DNA of 64,000 bases from Azolla caroliniana (taxonomy: Eukaryota > Plantae > Polypodiophyta). The position numbers and the translations under genes were made by a program. Positions 1 to 12,000 of this stretch are shown piece after piece. Each line of letters begins with the position of its first letter. Position 1 is the first letter of the stretch. The stretch covers positions 20,956,001 to 21,020,000 of the forward strand of contig JBHGNT010000004.1 in NCBI GenBank assembly GCA_043228905.1, written 5' to 3'. Under the pieces are notes generated by a model. That model searched no databases. It was given only the letters and a program-made list of their open reading frames with translations, and was not told the origin of the DNA.

Positions 1-1390
1 GTCAATTGGGTCTCTAGGCCAAGTGCTACAAAAAGAAACTTTTTGGTAATGGTCCTCTTAAAAACTATAAAAGGGAGAGGAGAGATTATTGATAGGGGGT
101 CGACTTTTGTATGAAGGCAGAAGTCGTGTTGTTAATTGGTCTTTCCTCTCAGGTGTGATGTATAATATGGGTTTGGTCCTCGTATGTGTCAACTTATCTT
201 TTTGCTAGGGCAAAATGCAACCTCCCGTGTGATGCTTAATGGTGGAGTCACTCTCAAAGTGTTTCTTACTAGATCCGTGTGGTAAGGATGCCCACTAAGC
301 CCATTGTTATTTGCTATTGTTACACATCCTTTGATAATGTTGTCAAATCTTGCGGCCAATGGTGATATTGTGGGTTTGCATCTTCCTTCTGGTCGACAAT
401 TGGTGGCACAAGCATTGACAGATGATTCTTTTATGTTTTTACAAGCGTCAAAAGAAAAATCTTAAAAGGAGTATGCAAGTTTGGGATCAATTTGCTTTGG
501 CTTTAGGGTTGTATATAAATTGGAGGAAGTCTCACCTTATTTCTTGTACGGAGAGTGATTTGGAATGTTTGGGATGGCGAGGGTCACTGATTACATGAGG
601 TTCAATTTATCAACATTTGGGTTATCCATTGGGCATTGATGTTACAAATGTTCAATTGATTGATTGGATTGGTAGTAAATTGAGGGATAAATTTATGTAT
701 TGGAAGTCTCAATTATGGCCCTTTCATGTACGAATCAAAGTGGTGTAATGTATCTTGATACCCATGTTATTATATTTTTTACCTTTACTTCCTTGGACTA
801 AGAAGGCATTACAAAGCATGCTACAACCTATTCGTTCATGTTGTGGCGGAAGGGAGAAATGATGGGAGTTACATGGATTTCATGGGACCATTTGGCTACT
901 CCTAAAAGGTTAGGTGGTGCAACAATATTGGATTTGGAAAGGCATTTGATGGCTCGTAGATTTGCATTATTACCAGATATATGTCAACAAGATCAACCAT
1001 TGATATCTATCATGCAATATTTTATTGAGCATGAAGGATTGGTGCATGGGAAAACAAAGATTCAAGTATCATGGTGGTTATTACTGAATGGAAGTATTCC
1101 TCTAAAGATTCAACATTATGTATGTGGACAACATTTGGTAAGATCATGGCAAGATGCATTATCTCTTTTTGAATGGGGACCATCAAGTGATCGAGAATAT
1201 TGTAATTCATTACAAAATGAATTGTTTGTTTCTTCTCAAGTGTTGTTTTGGCATGGGAAAGAGAAGTTGAGATCTCAATTCAATCGTTTATTTCGATTGG
1301 GGACTGTACATTTGGAAGATGTGGTTGATAATGAATGTCAAAGGTTGTCGGATTTTGAAGATGCCAAGAGATGGTTATGTATTTCCCCCA
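1..1390 (+). mobile_element. Decayed L1-type LINE ORF2, reverse transcriptase and post-RT part (left piece)
   Basis: GCPLSPLLFAI motif near 287-320 and a degenerate ADD near 420. ORF 838-1476 has WISWDHLATPKRLGG, typical of plant L1 ORF2. Stops and frameshifts are present. Interrupted at about 1390 by element T. Confidence 0.85.
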
Positions 1391-1396
1391 AAAAAC

Positions 1397-1843
1397 TGTG
1401 TTATTCCTTAGGGCCGGACAATGGCCTAACACAGGGTGTCTACGGAAGACACTTCACCAAAGGGGTGCTACGATGAGATAACTTAAGACACAACGATTAC
1501 TCAGACTTTAATTGGTTACTTAGCAATATGGCATTAGACTCGATACACGCGTATGATAGAACAATTAGCACAGAACGGTAATCAACACTTAAAGATAAAA
1601 CAAGAAGCTCTATTAATTATCCGTCCAAGTTTTACATTGTAATTGGGCCTTTATATAGGTCACCGGTGCTGAGTACAAAACGGTGCCAACCAGCACATGT
1701 TCGGAACTGGTCCGGATCAGGATTGGCATACCGATTCCGGTCCATCCGTTCACGTCCCATAAACTACTTAATTATAATAGATTCTGAATAAACAATCCCT
1801 TTCACATTCTGGTCTTTAACTCCTTTGCCAGCCGGGTAACACA
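1397..1843 (-). repeat. Element T 3' LTR
   Basis: Direct repeat of 29519-29965, termini TGTGTTA...TAACACA, TATA (cctatataaagg on the minus strand) near 1650-1658. Confidence 0.85.
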
Positions 1844-1884
1844 TGGCACGCCCATGGGACAGTACCTTGTACGTCGAATCCCAC
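1844..1884 (-). other. tRNA-Arg-like 3' half ending in CCA, occupying the PPT position of element T
   Basis: Minus strand reads GTGGGATTCGA-CGTACAAGGTACT-GTCCCATGGGCGTGCCA|TGTGTTA. No purine tract lies next to the LTR. A second copy is at 29966-30006. Confidence 0.7.
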
Positions 1885-1894
1885 TATTTGGCCC

Positions 1895-4800
1895 TTAGAC
1901 TTTGTCCACGATATCCAGAATACTCTGCTCTAGGGTGTCCAATGGTTCTTCGGGAATCTGTTGTTGTTGTTGTTGTTGTTGCTGTGGCTGTGGCTGTTGT
2001 TGCTCCGGCTTCGGATACTTTGACTGTTGCTTCTTGGATGGCGTCTGTTCGGCTCCCGATACCGGTATTTTGGCGGTGATTCCTCCGTTAGCTGCTCTGC
2101 CGGATTTGACTCCGGTTGACTCGCCCCGGCCTTGTCTCTGTCTGGTCCTTGCCTTGGCGATGGCTCCTCATCGTTGAGGTTGACGGTCGCCGCCTGCTTT
2201 GCTTCTTCTTGCCGTAGCCTAGTCCGCTCATAGTTTTCAAACTGGATTTGAGCATCCAGTCGATCATCATCCAACTGTGCTACCAGTTGCTGGACCACTG
2301 CTGATTGTTCCTCCGCTAGAGTTACAAAGTCTTCTGCTAACTCATCTCTTACGATGGTGAAGTCCTCCTTTGTTAGCATGTAGCAGTCGTCGCCATCCTT
2401 CTACCGGTTTTCCGCGTCCGCCCTTAGCAACTGGAGCTTGGCTGTGTGCTTTGCCCATTTGTCCCACCATTGCGTGGAGCTTTCGTCAATCAAGCATTTT
2501 GTCTTGTTCCTCCATGCCTGGACAATGAACTGAATCCGCTCAAGTCCCATCTTCGATTTGTCCTCCGCGGCTTGCCGTTCTTCCTTCAATTGCTTGATCA
2601 TCGTCACTATGTCCACCTCCTGCTCCCGGTAATGTGACAATTGGTTTTGGTAGGTGTTCTGCAACCTCTGCAATACCATTGTCGCTCTTTCCTTTTCTTC
2701 ATAATGCCGCTTATGGAGCTCCATACATTCTTGCGCGGCTTCCTCCAGTAGCATTGTTCTTTCAACCCGTTCTTTAGCTAGCGCTGTCTCGGTTTGATGA
2801 ACTTCCTGTCGGAGCTCTGCCATCTTCTCCTGCTGCTCCTTATGCTCCGTATCCAGGTGCTTATAGTCCCGGTGCAGGTGCTCAAAATCATCGGTCTTCT
2901 GCGTTAGCTTCTGGTTGAGTTGCCAGTGAGCGCGGTATTCCTGATTTTTCTGTTGACGGAGTTCTTCTTTAAGTCTTTCAATCTCCGTTTCTGCCATCCG
3001 TCGCAGCTTATCCTTTTCTTGCAGCACTTTCTCTTTCTCCTCCTTAAGCCGGTCATATGCCTGATGTCCTTTCCGCAGATTGTCTTCTGCCCGGCAGAGG
3101 TTCTCAACAGTCTTTCTTTGTTCTTTTTTTGCTGCTTTCTTCAAGTCCCTTTCTCGGGTGCGTAATGCTTCTTGTGTGGCTAGTTCATCTTTCAATTCGG
3201 CAAGCTCTTTCGCTTACGCCGCCATTGTCTCCGGGACTGGTTCCGTCTCCGGGTTCCTATTACTATGTACAGGTGCTGGTGTGTCTTTATTCTGTACATC
3301 TACCGGAGTCACAAGTGCTTGGATCTGTGGTCCGGTTAAGGCCATTTTGGCCAATTCTTTTGTGGCCAGGTCCAAGTCTTGTTCTAGGCTCCAGATCCTT
3401 GACCGGGCCGTCTCTAGTTCTCCGGTTGTGACTAGCAACCGGTCCATCTGCGCTTTCTCTTCCGCCTCTATGTAGTGCACCACTCCGATAATCTGTTCTC
3501 CAACCCATCGGAGCCATTGGCTGTCGGTGCCCTGTTGTTGCGTTTGCACGGAGGGTTGGCAGTTTGTTCCGCTAGCCAGTGGTCAGTCTTGTCTGGTTGC
3601 GTCGAGCTGCAACTCTGTCTCTGGTTGGTGACCACTTTGCCGTTCTGGTTCCGGTTGCACCTCCATTGGCCACTCCGCCTCTGATTGCTCTTGACCTGCC
3701 GGTGCGGGAGGCAACTGTACTGCCGACGCTTGAATTTCGGGTCTTGCCGTATCCTGACCCACCGGTATAGCTTGTTGCGCAGGGAGCTCTGTGACCGGTT
3801 CTATCCAAACCGGTTTCGGTTCCACCCTTCGTGCGGGGTGCTCAGTGCGGGGTAGAGGTGTTCCATCCTTCTTTGGGTCCAAACACTCCCCAACCTGTTC
3901 TGTGGTGCTTGCCTTCTAGCGCCGCTGGAGGTGCTCTAACGGTTCCTCCTCCGCTTCCTCCTCCTGAGTCCCGATGTTGATTTTTGCTGCCAAGGGGTCT
4001 GGCTCTTGTTGAACCGGTCGGTGAAATATGATCTTGATTGGACGTGCCGGTGTCTCCTCCTACATTTCCGCCTGCCGCTTCCTATTGGCGCGCTCTTTTG
4101 CCACCTTGTCCGTGTTGGCCGCCTTCCCTTTGGGTGCCTTAGAGGCCAACAACTGCTGCTGTTTTGAAGCCGTTTTTGGGATGCCTTTGGTCGTTCTCCC
4201 ACGCTTCGTGGTCTTGGCGGGCTCGATAAGTGACGCCAATAGGGAGAGCTATTGCGCCACTGCAGTCCATATTTTCCGACCCTCCTTGTCTCTTACAGAG
4301 TCGATGGCCGCATAGAGGCCGTCCGCAATCAGTACCAGCCAATCCACCTTCACGCCTTCACACGTTGCTATGATTAAGCCGACTCGGTTCTGAGGCATGC
4401 ACGGGGGTCGAGGGTATACATGTCCAAATTCATGGAGCACATGGGCAATCTCTCGAAATAATGTATCTTCGCCACCTTGTGTCCTGTAGGCCTTGCTGGC
4501 CAGAGAGTATTCGCCAAAATATTTTCGGAGCTGCTCTGGGGTAGGGTTGTCGATAGTGACGATGCCCCCCTCCGGAAGGCCAATCAAAGCATGGATGGCC
4601 TCCTCCGTGATCAGTTCTGTGTCGATTTCCTTTACTATCTTCTCCGCCTCTCGGTGCGGTGGCGCCTCCATGATCATGAGGAAACCTTCTAACCCCTGTT
4701 GCCTTAGCCACTTCTTGGCTGCTTCAGAGAGTGCTTGGCAGTCCATGGCTTCTTCGAGGTCGGTGAGCACTGGTGAGGGATGTGTTTGAGGAGGCTCTGC

Positions 4801-4905
4801 GTGCGTGGGCTCGCGTCTGATGATCTTCAATCGCTTGTGTGCGTTTGTGCTCCTCTGTTCGCGAAATGTGAAGACCTCCATGCGATGGGAGTTTTCTTGC
4901 TGCAT
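1895..4905 (-). pseudogene. Extra sense-strand ORF 3' of pol in element T (about 1000 codons, broken); N-terminal globular part followed by a long coiled coil and a Q-rich tail
   Basis: Consecutive minus ORFs 4249-4905, 3583-3882, 3214-3549, 2401-3195 and 1930-2379. E/K/Q/R heptad-like composition. The likely true C-terminus QQQIPEEPLDTLEQSILDIVDKV* ends at about 1895. Confidence 0.75.
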
Positions 4906-5303
4906 GCTGGCGCCTTTTTTTTTTACCCGCGCATGTGCACGTTGTGTACTAGAATAGAATGACGTGCCATGTGGCGGCGGTTTAATACCCTATTAATAGC
5001 CCACTACGTACCTTTTCAAAGTGCCTGTTCACTCCTTGTTCTTGCATGTGTCCGTTCACACCTCACCCTTGCATGATTTACTTTGATTTGATAAGATTCC
5101 TTTTTTTTTTCTTTTTTTTCTTGATAAAAGTGTTAGTTAATTCACATCCGGTCCCACCGGACCCCTATCCGAATTGTGGGACTTGCCGGCTGTTGGACTA
5201 CTTGCCATCGCGTCGTTCTTGCCGTTTGCCGACTCGTGCTCCCTCTTACCGGCTTCGCACTTGCCGATTGCTAAACGTGTTGCTGTCTCTTCCGACTTAC
5301 CGG

Positions 5304-7076
5304 TGTCGTGTGAATCTTCACACACTATGTAAAAAAAATAATGAAATAATTATTATAGATTAGATTAGTAGCTTACTATAGAAAGATGGATATACTCAAG
5401 AGCTTCAAAATGTATTTTACTATATACTAAATGGAGAAATACATATCAAGTTATGTGAAAATAAAGTTTGAGAAGATAGAGAAATTAGAACTATCCCACA
5501 TAGATAGGAAACTTAAGGCCTTGGCTATATAAGCACCTTGAACTCCCTCATTTTTCATTTGTTCTAAGAGCACTTTGGCCACTTTGTCTTGATGGATGAT
5601 GGTGGCCAAATTCCCTAAATCCGGAAACTGGCTGGTAAACAAATTCGGAAACCGGCCGGTAAGCAAATCCGGAAATCGGGTTTGGTAAGCAAATCCGGAA
5701 ACTGGGTCCGGTAAGCAAATCCGGAAACTGGCCAGTATGCAAACCGGAAACCGGCCGGTATGCAAAACCGGAACCGGAATTGGCAAGCAAACCGGTGTCG
5801 TAGTGTATTTCGTACACTACGTGAAAAAGTAAAAATAATATAACCGATTTAATTACATATAAATAAATAAAATAATATATCAAGATATTTATCACGTGCA
5901 TGGGGCAAGATTCGAACCCTGTACCTCCACATAGCCAAACCTCAACCTTACCATTATGCTACCTTATCTTTAGTGTTCTACAAATAGATTTAATAACTAT
6001 AAGTGCTTTATTTGCACCTACCTTTATTAAAAGGTAAATCGTGCATTTTTAGAGTGCGTGAATATTTTATAGAAAAACGCAAGCAACTAAAAAGTGACTC
6101 ATGCACATTATATTATACTTGTGGGATTCACAAGTTTCTTATATATTTCTTTCAATCTAAATACATATTCTTATCTAAATATTGATTAATCGAATACAAT
6201 ACACTCGTGGGATTCACGAGATTTCTATCTCTCTTTCTAATAATCTATTTATTACTAGCCTCATCTCATATTCTTCTTTCTCCTAGTCCAAAACCTCGGC
6301 GGTTCCCACCCGACTCACGCAAACGATCCGGAGCCGAAAGGCACGACACCGGAACCGGCCGGCAAGCAAAACCGAAACTAACCGGTAAGCAAAACTGGAA
6401 CCGGAACTAGTATGCAAACCGGAACCGGAACCGGTATGCAAATCGAAAACCAGCTAGTAAGCAAAACCGGAACCGGAACCGGCAAGCAAACCGGAACCGG
6501 CCGGCAAGCAAAACCGGAACCGGAACTGGAACCGGCCGACAAACAAAATGGAACCGGCCGGCGAGGGATTCGGCGATCGGGCGGAACCGGCGACCGTATG
6601 AGTTTGGACGCAAATCGAACGGATAAAAGGATCATGTGGCTATTTAAAGAAAGGTAAAAGAGACTAAAGTAAAGGTCAAGTGAACGGTCGCATACAACTA
6701 AAGAAAAAGCCATGCAACTAAAAATAGATTCAACGAAAAGAAAAGCTATGCAACTAAAAGTAGAGGCCATGCAACAAAAAGTGGAGGCATATGATCAACG
6801 AGGAACTCCATATATAATTCTATATTTCATTTCTTCTAATTAAATCCATATTTCATTTCTTCTAATCTATTACTCTAGTCATCTCCATTAGCAAATTTTT
6901 ATAATCCCAATCTTGGGATTAATTGTAATCTTTCTTTCCCTTTATTAATGAAATTTGTGAATCTTTATCATTTTGTATTAATTGTTTAATATAATCATAC
7001 GAATATGATATCTTCCGGTCGGAGGCCCCGGGGTCTTGCCTCAACGTTCACGTATCCTCGTCGTATTTTCGCGACA
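5304..7076 (+). mobile_element. Solo LTR of the TGTCGT...GACA family, 4-bp TSD CCGG, containing ~23-bp ccggaaaccggccggtaagcaaa tandem repeats
   Basis: Starts TGTCGTG and ends CGCGACA. CCGG at 5300-5303 and 7077-7080. Subterminal gaggccccggggtc resembles gaccccgtggtc of the A/B/I LTRs. Confidence 0.8.
5796..6348 (+). mobile_element. Second solo LTR (same family) nested in the first, 4-bp TSD CCGG
   Basis: TGTCGTAG...CACGACA. CCGG at 5792-5795 and 6349-6352. It splits the tandem-repeat array of the host LTR. Confidence 0.8.
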
Positions 7077-7875
7077 CCGGTGTCCGGTTCTGTGTCGGCC
7101 TTTACTTGTTCAAATGGGTTTCTTGGCATGGGTCCATTGTAAGGTTTGAGTCGGAACCCATTGACCCAATTACCCAGAACTTCGCCGGCGAGTGTCCCTA
7201 ACTGGTAGGAACCGTTGAAGTCACGCGTGATCCAGTATGGTCCGGTCCACCGAAACCATAACTTCCCTGGCATCTTACCCATCCAGGTCTGGAATACTAG
7301 TACTGGCTTACCGATTCTGAACATCTTTTCGTTCCTTTTCGGTGACGATCCACGAACGCTTTCCTTCGGCGCTGCTCAAGTTCTAGGTGCATGATGCTGG
7401 CTAGCCAGTGTTCTTCCAATTCGCACAACGCGGCTAACCAGATTGCTTCCGATTCATTCTCACTTAGGCATTCCCGAATCTGTATTCGTAAACTCGATAC
7501 CTGGAACTCGATCGACATCACTGCTTCAATTCCGAATGCTAGGTGAAACGGTGTTGTGTGGATACTTGTCTTATATGCCGTTCGATAGGCCCAGAGTGCA
7601 CCGTGTAGCTTTGTATCCCAATCCATCCGGTTCTCATTGACGATTTTTCGAAGGATGTTCTGTAGTGTTTTATTTGTTGACTCGGCTAATCCGTTGGCTT
7701 GCGGATAATAGGGAGTGCTCCGTTTCTACACCACTACATAGAATGTCGTCAAACTTTCCACTACTTGCCCTAAAAGTGCCCACCTTGATCACTTATTAGC
7801 TCTATCGAACATCCATGCCGGCACTAGATGTATTCATATAAAATTTTTGCCGTGGATGTCGCGGTGTTGTCGCGT
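7077..7875 (-). pseudogene. Element T integrase, core and C-terminal part
   Basis: RDNTATSTAK, PYYPQANGLAES, WDTKLHGALWAYRTAYKT and RWTGPY (GPY/F motif). Frameshifted. Confidence 0.9.
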
Positions 7876-9062
7876 TGTCGTGAGGAATTTTGGCTAGAGG
7901 CGGAAACCGGGAAATATTGGCTACATCGGCGGGGGGCAGCATGTGCGCTCACCCTTGTACATTTAGTGTGAATAACGAGGGCGCCTTTATGGCGCCAAAG
8001 AGTAGTCAAGTCGGGACAGAGAATCCCATGTAAGTCAGGATTTATCCCACATTGTAACGCATCTCCCTCCTTGTTCTATAAAAGGAAGGGAGCGCCTCTT
8101 GTTAAAGGGTTGCCCATTTTTGCATTCGTAGGGTATACCGTTAGAGGAAGAAACGTTCTCTCTTCCTCTTTCTTTCCCCTTGTTTACGGTTTTGTTTCTT
8201 TTCTCTGCTTCTTCCTCTTTGTTGTTTTGAGTATCGAGCCTTGGCATCTCGTGTTCCTGTTTTCTGCCCGTTCTCTGTGCAAGACCCCACTCGACACGAC
8301 AAGCCCGAGAGCTCCCCCCCCGACCGACGACTTGGCAGTAGACGACTGTTGTAACCTGAGCTACTTAGGTCGGGCTCGATACCAATATTGTGTCTTAGTC
8401 TTGTAATATATGCATGGAGAGTTCTACACACCGGTGTTTGTGTGGGTGTTTTGGTGTTCTCTTACCTCCGTTTCTGTACATAAGGGCGTGAGCTGGGTCG
8501 GCGTGGTGTGTGTGTGTGTGGGTGTGAGTCGGTGTCAAGCGCTCTCTCTCTCTCTTTCTCTCTCCCATTCGGTTGCTTCCGGAACGCATCCGGAATCGTC
8601 TTCTCGGCTTCCCTTCTTCCCTTGTCCGAGACCCCGTGGTCCCGCCCTTCTACACGCACGCGCGAAACTTCGCGACATCTCTGGTGAACCCGACGTGAAG
8701 GGCGGCAACGGAGCATGGAGTCGGAAGATGATGACCTCGCGGAGATGGTGGCCGAAATGGTGTTGGAGTCTACACGAGTGGTGATGAGGCGAGAAGCAGT
8801 GCATCAAGCGGTTGAGCGAGTGGTCGAAAGAGTCGGCCGTTTCAACGGGGACAAGGTCCCATTCTACTTGGAAGCCTACAATGCGGAAATGGAAGTGCGT
8901 GGCGTAGACGAGGCGTTGAGGCTGGAGTTCTTCTGTCGGGTCGTAGCTGTCCGGAAGCATGTGGAAGTAAAGGAGCTTCGTGAGGCTCATAGTTCGTGGG
9001 AGGCCTTCGAAGAGGCGCTCCTGAAGGCATACGGAGGGCGGCCGAAAGGCCGGGGAAGGCGG

Positions 9063-12000
9063 TGTCGTGAAGATTTTCGTCCATAGGTGGAAACCGGGGT
9101 GGAATAGGCAAATCGGTGGTGTGCACCATGTGCACATGTATACTAGGAAATGGTGCATAGAAATAAGAGGGGAAATTCTATCCCACATTGTAAGGTCCCT
9201 CCCTCCTTGGGCTATAAAAGGAAGGGAGGGGTCACTTATGAGGGGTTGCCTATTTTAAGGGAGAGAGGCATACCACTTAGGTCGAGGGTTTCCTATTCAA
9301 TTTTAGGGTTTCGGTTAGGGTTTTCTTCTTGGGTTTTCTTATAGTCGTTTGGTGCGGCCATGGCGGCCACCATTGTTGTAATCATTCGCTTGTTTTTAAT
9401 ATAGCTTGTTGTGGATCTTGCTTCCATCTATTTTGGTCTACGCTTATGTGCTACTCTTCATCTTCTCATCCGGTGTTAAGCTTCCATTTCTCATATCTTA
9501 TTCTTTCTCCTCTACTCCCTAGTCCAAGACCCCCATGGTCCCGCCCCTTCTACACGCACGCACGTAACAACGCGACATCTTTGGTGAACCCGACGTGAAG
9601 GGCGGCAAGAGAGCAAGGAGATGGAAGAAGACTTCGACTTCGAGGAGATGATGGCAAAAATCGTGATGGAAGCCGGACGGAAGATGGCGAAGCGAGATGC
9701 GGCTCAACAAGCCGTCGAAAGGGTGGTCGATCGAGTTGGCCGGTTCAATGGGAATGAGGTCCCAAAATTTTTGGGAGCCTACAAGGCCGAGATGGCGAAA
9801 GGGGGCGTGGACAAGGAGATGCGGCTAGAGTATTTTCCTCGAGTGGCGGCCGCATCGGTGCACAAGGAGGTCAAGGAGCTACGAGAAGCTCACGAGTCGT
9901 GGGTGTCCTTGGAGGTAGCCCTATTGGAAGTGTACGGATACGCGAAACCGGAGTGGGTATGCCGGCAACCCGATGGGGAGCGGTCGGCAACAACGTGGCC
10001 CGTGAGCGGCAGAGAAGAGAGAACGGCGAGTGAGTACGCACTACCGCCGGAAGAGAGCTCAACGCAAAATGGTTCGGAGGAGCTCGACCTAGAAGCGCTA
10101 ATACGAGAGGCATGTAAGCTTGTGAAGGGGAAAATCAAAGTCGAAGAAGGGCTTACTATGGAGTCGGGCCGGAGGCGATCGGAGTATGCGGAGGAAGAAG
10201 CCTCCCTAAGTGTAGAAGACGGGGCCTATATGGAGGCCGGAAGAGTGTACGACGGCGACATAGGAGAGGGTGCAGAGCAAGCGACCCTCTTGCCTTGCGA
10301 TGAAGGGACGGCCATGGAGGCCGGTAACTACGGATTCGGGACATGGCGGCCCGAAACATCGAGTGAGGAGGAGACAAGCGGCGGTGCCGTGACCTTACAC
10401 ACACCGGTCCTAGAGACTCCGGCATCCGGCCCGAGAGCCGGTGTGAGACCTAGAGTGACAGACGGTGGCAGCGGCAAGGCGGGCAACCGAGACGACGGCA
10501 TGGAAGAGACGGTGGCAAGCGTAATCGAGGCTTGCGTGATTGGAGGCGGGTTAGCCGCGGACAACGACGTCCGAATGGAAGTGGCTACAGACACAACGAG
10601 CGGCGGTGCCGGTTCCTTACCCACACCGGTCCTAGAGGCTCCGGCAGCCGGCCCGAGTGCTGGCTTGAGACTTAGAGCGACGGGCGGTGGCGGCGACAAG
10701 GAGGGCAACCAAGACAACGGCAAGGAAAGCGAGGAAGAAGGGGCGGCAAGCATAATCGAGGCTTGCGGAATCGGAGATGGGGGAGCCGTGGACGACGATG
10801 TCCGGATGGAGACGGCTATAGCAACGACGAGCGGAGGTGCTGGGACCTTACCCACACCTATTCTAGAGACTTCGGCGGTCGGCCCCGAGAGCCCACGTGA
10901 GACTGGAGAGACGGAAGGTGGCGGCGGCAAAGCGGACAATCAAAACGACGACGAGGAAGGTCATAACGGACGGAGGCAAGACCCCTCGACACCGGGGCCG
11001 GAGACTTCGGATGTTGCACTCGAATGCCAACGTAAGACCGGAGAGAAGGATGGTGGCCGTGAGGAGGCATGGCCTGGAGCGAACACGTGCGAAGATGAGG
11101 ATGCGAGGCCCGGAATGGGCATATACAAGAGGACCGACGGAGAGGTCGGGAGAGGCATAGAGGAGAGAGTCGGGGACCGACTTGACCGGAAGACGAAGCG
11201 GAAGAAGAGTGAAGCGGGGGCTGGTCAACCGGGCCCAAACCGAAAGAAGCCGACAAGACCGGGATTGTTTGATTGACTCCTTACCGGCCGGTTACAGTTA
11301 CGATGGGAGCCGGTGAGAGCGAGAAGGAGGCTAACTGGGCATGACGAGTACGGATCGGTGAGAGGCCGAGAGCAAGAGGGACCCTCCTTGCCTATTCTAG
11401 AGACTGCGGCGGTTGCGGATCAACATAAGACCGGAGAGACGACGGGTGGCGGCGAGGAGTCGGAGATCGGAACGGACGAGGCTACTAGAATGGGTACCCT
11501 GTGCGTGAAGACGTATGAGCATGGCCAAGACGGCAAGCCGGAGTTGGAAGGGGCTACGGCAAAGAAGGACGAAGAGACCGACGCGGAGGTCGGGTTTACG
11601 ACGGGCGAGGCGCGTAATATGAAGTACGCACTACGACGTAAAACGGAGCATGCACTACGACTGGCGAAGGGCCAAGAAGCAAGCATGCACCCGGAAGAGC
11701 GGCAACAAGTGACCGGCAACGGCGGACCGGTCGAGCCTTTGAGAGGCAAGCATGTGGCGATAGACGAAGCCGTAAGGTGCCGAGATCGGCGGATGGGTGG
11801 CGAGAGCGAAGGATGTTGCGCAGAGAACAACGGGGTACACACCGGGAAGGGAAAACGCGGCGGCTTCCTGGAGGGCATACAAGGCCAAGCGGGCCAAGAG
11901 GGCGCAAGTCGAGGCGAGGCGGTAACGAGAGCCTTGAGGGACATTGACACGGAGGTCGGGATGACGGTATGCTCTACGGTGAGAGAGCACGATGGGCAAA

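Noticed and set aside
1844-1860. Reading element T as plus-strand because TGGCACGCCC follows the LTR
   Set aside because: All coding domains, the TATA box and the PBS upstream of gag are on the minus strand.
5323-5830. CACTA-like termini (CACTATGTAAAA at 5323, TAGTG at 5801, CACTACGTGAAAA at 5815)
   Set aside because: No matching TIR pair or 3-bp TSD. Better explained as the first ~30 bp of two solo LTRs with CCGG TSDs.
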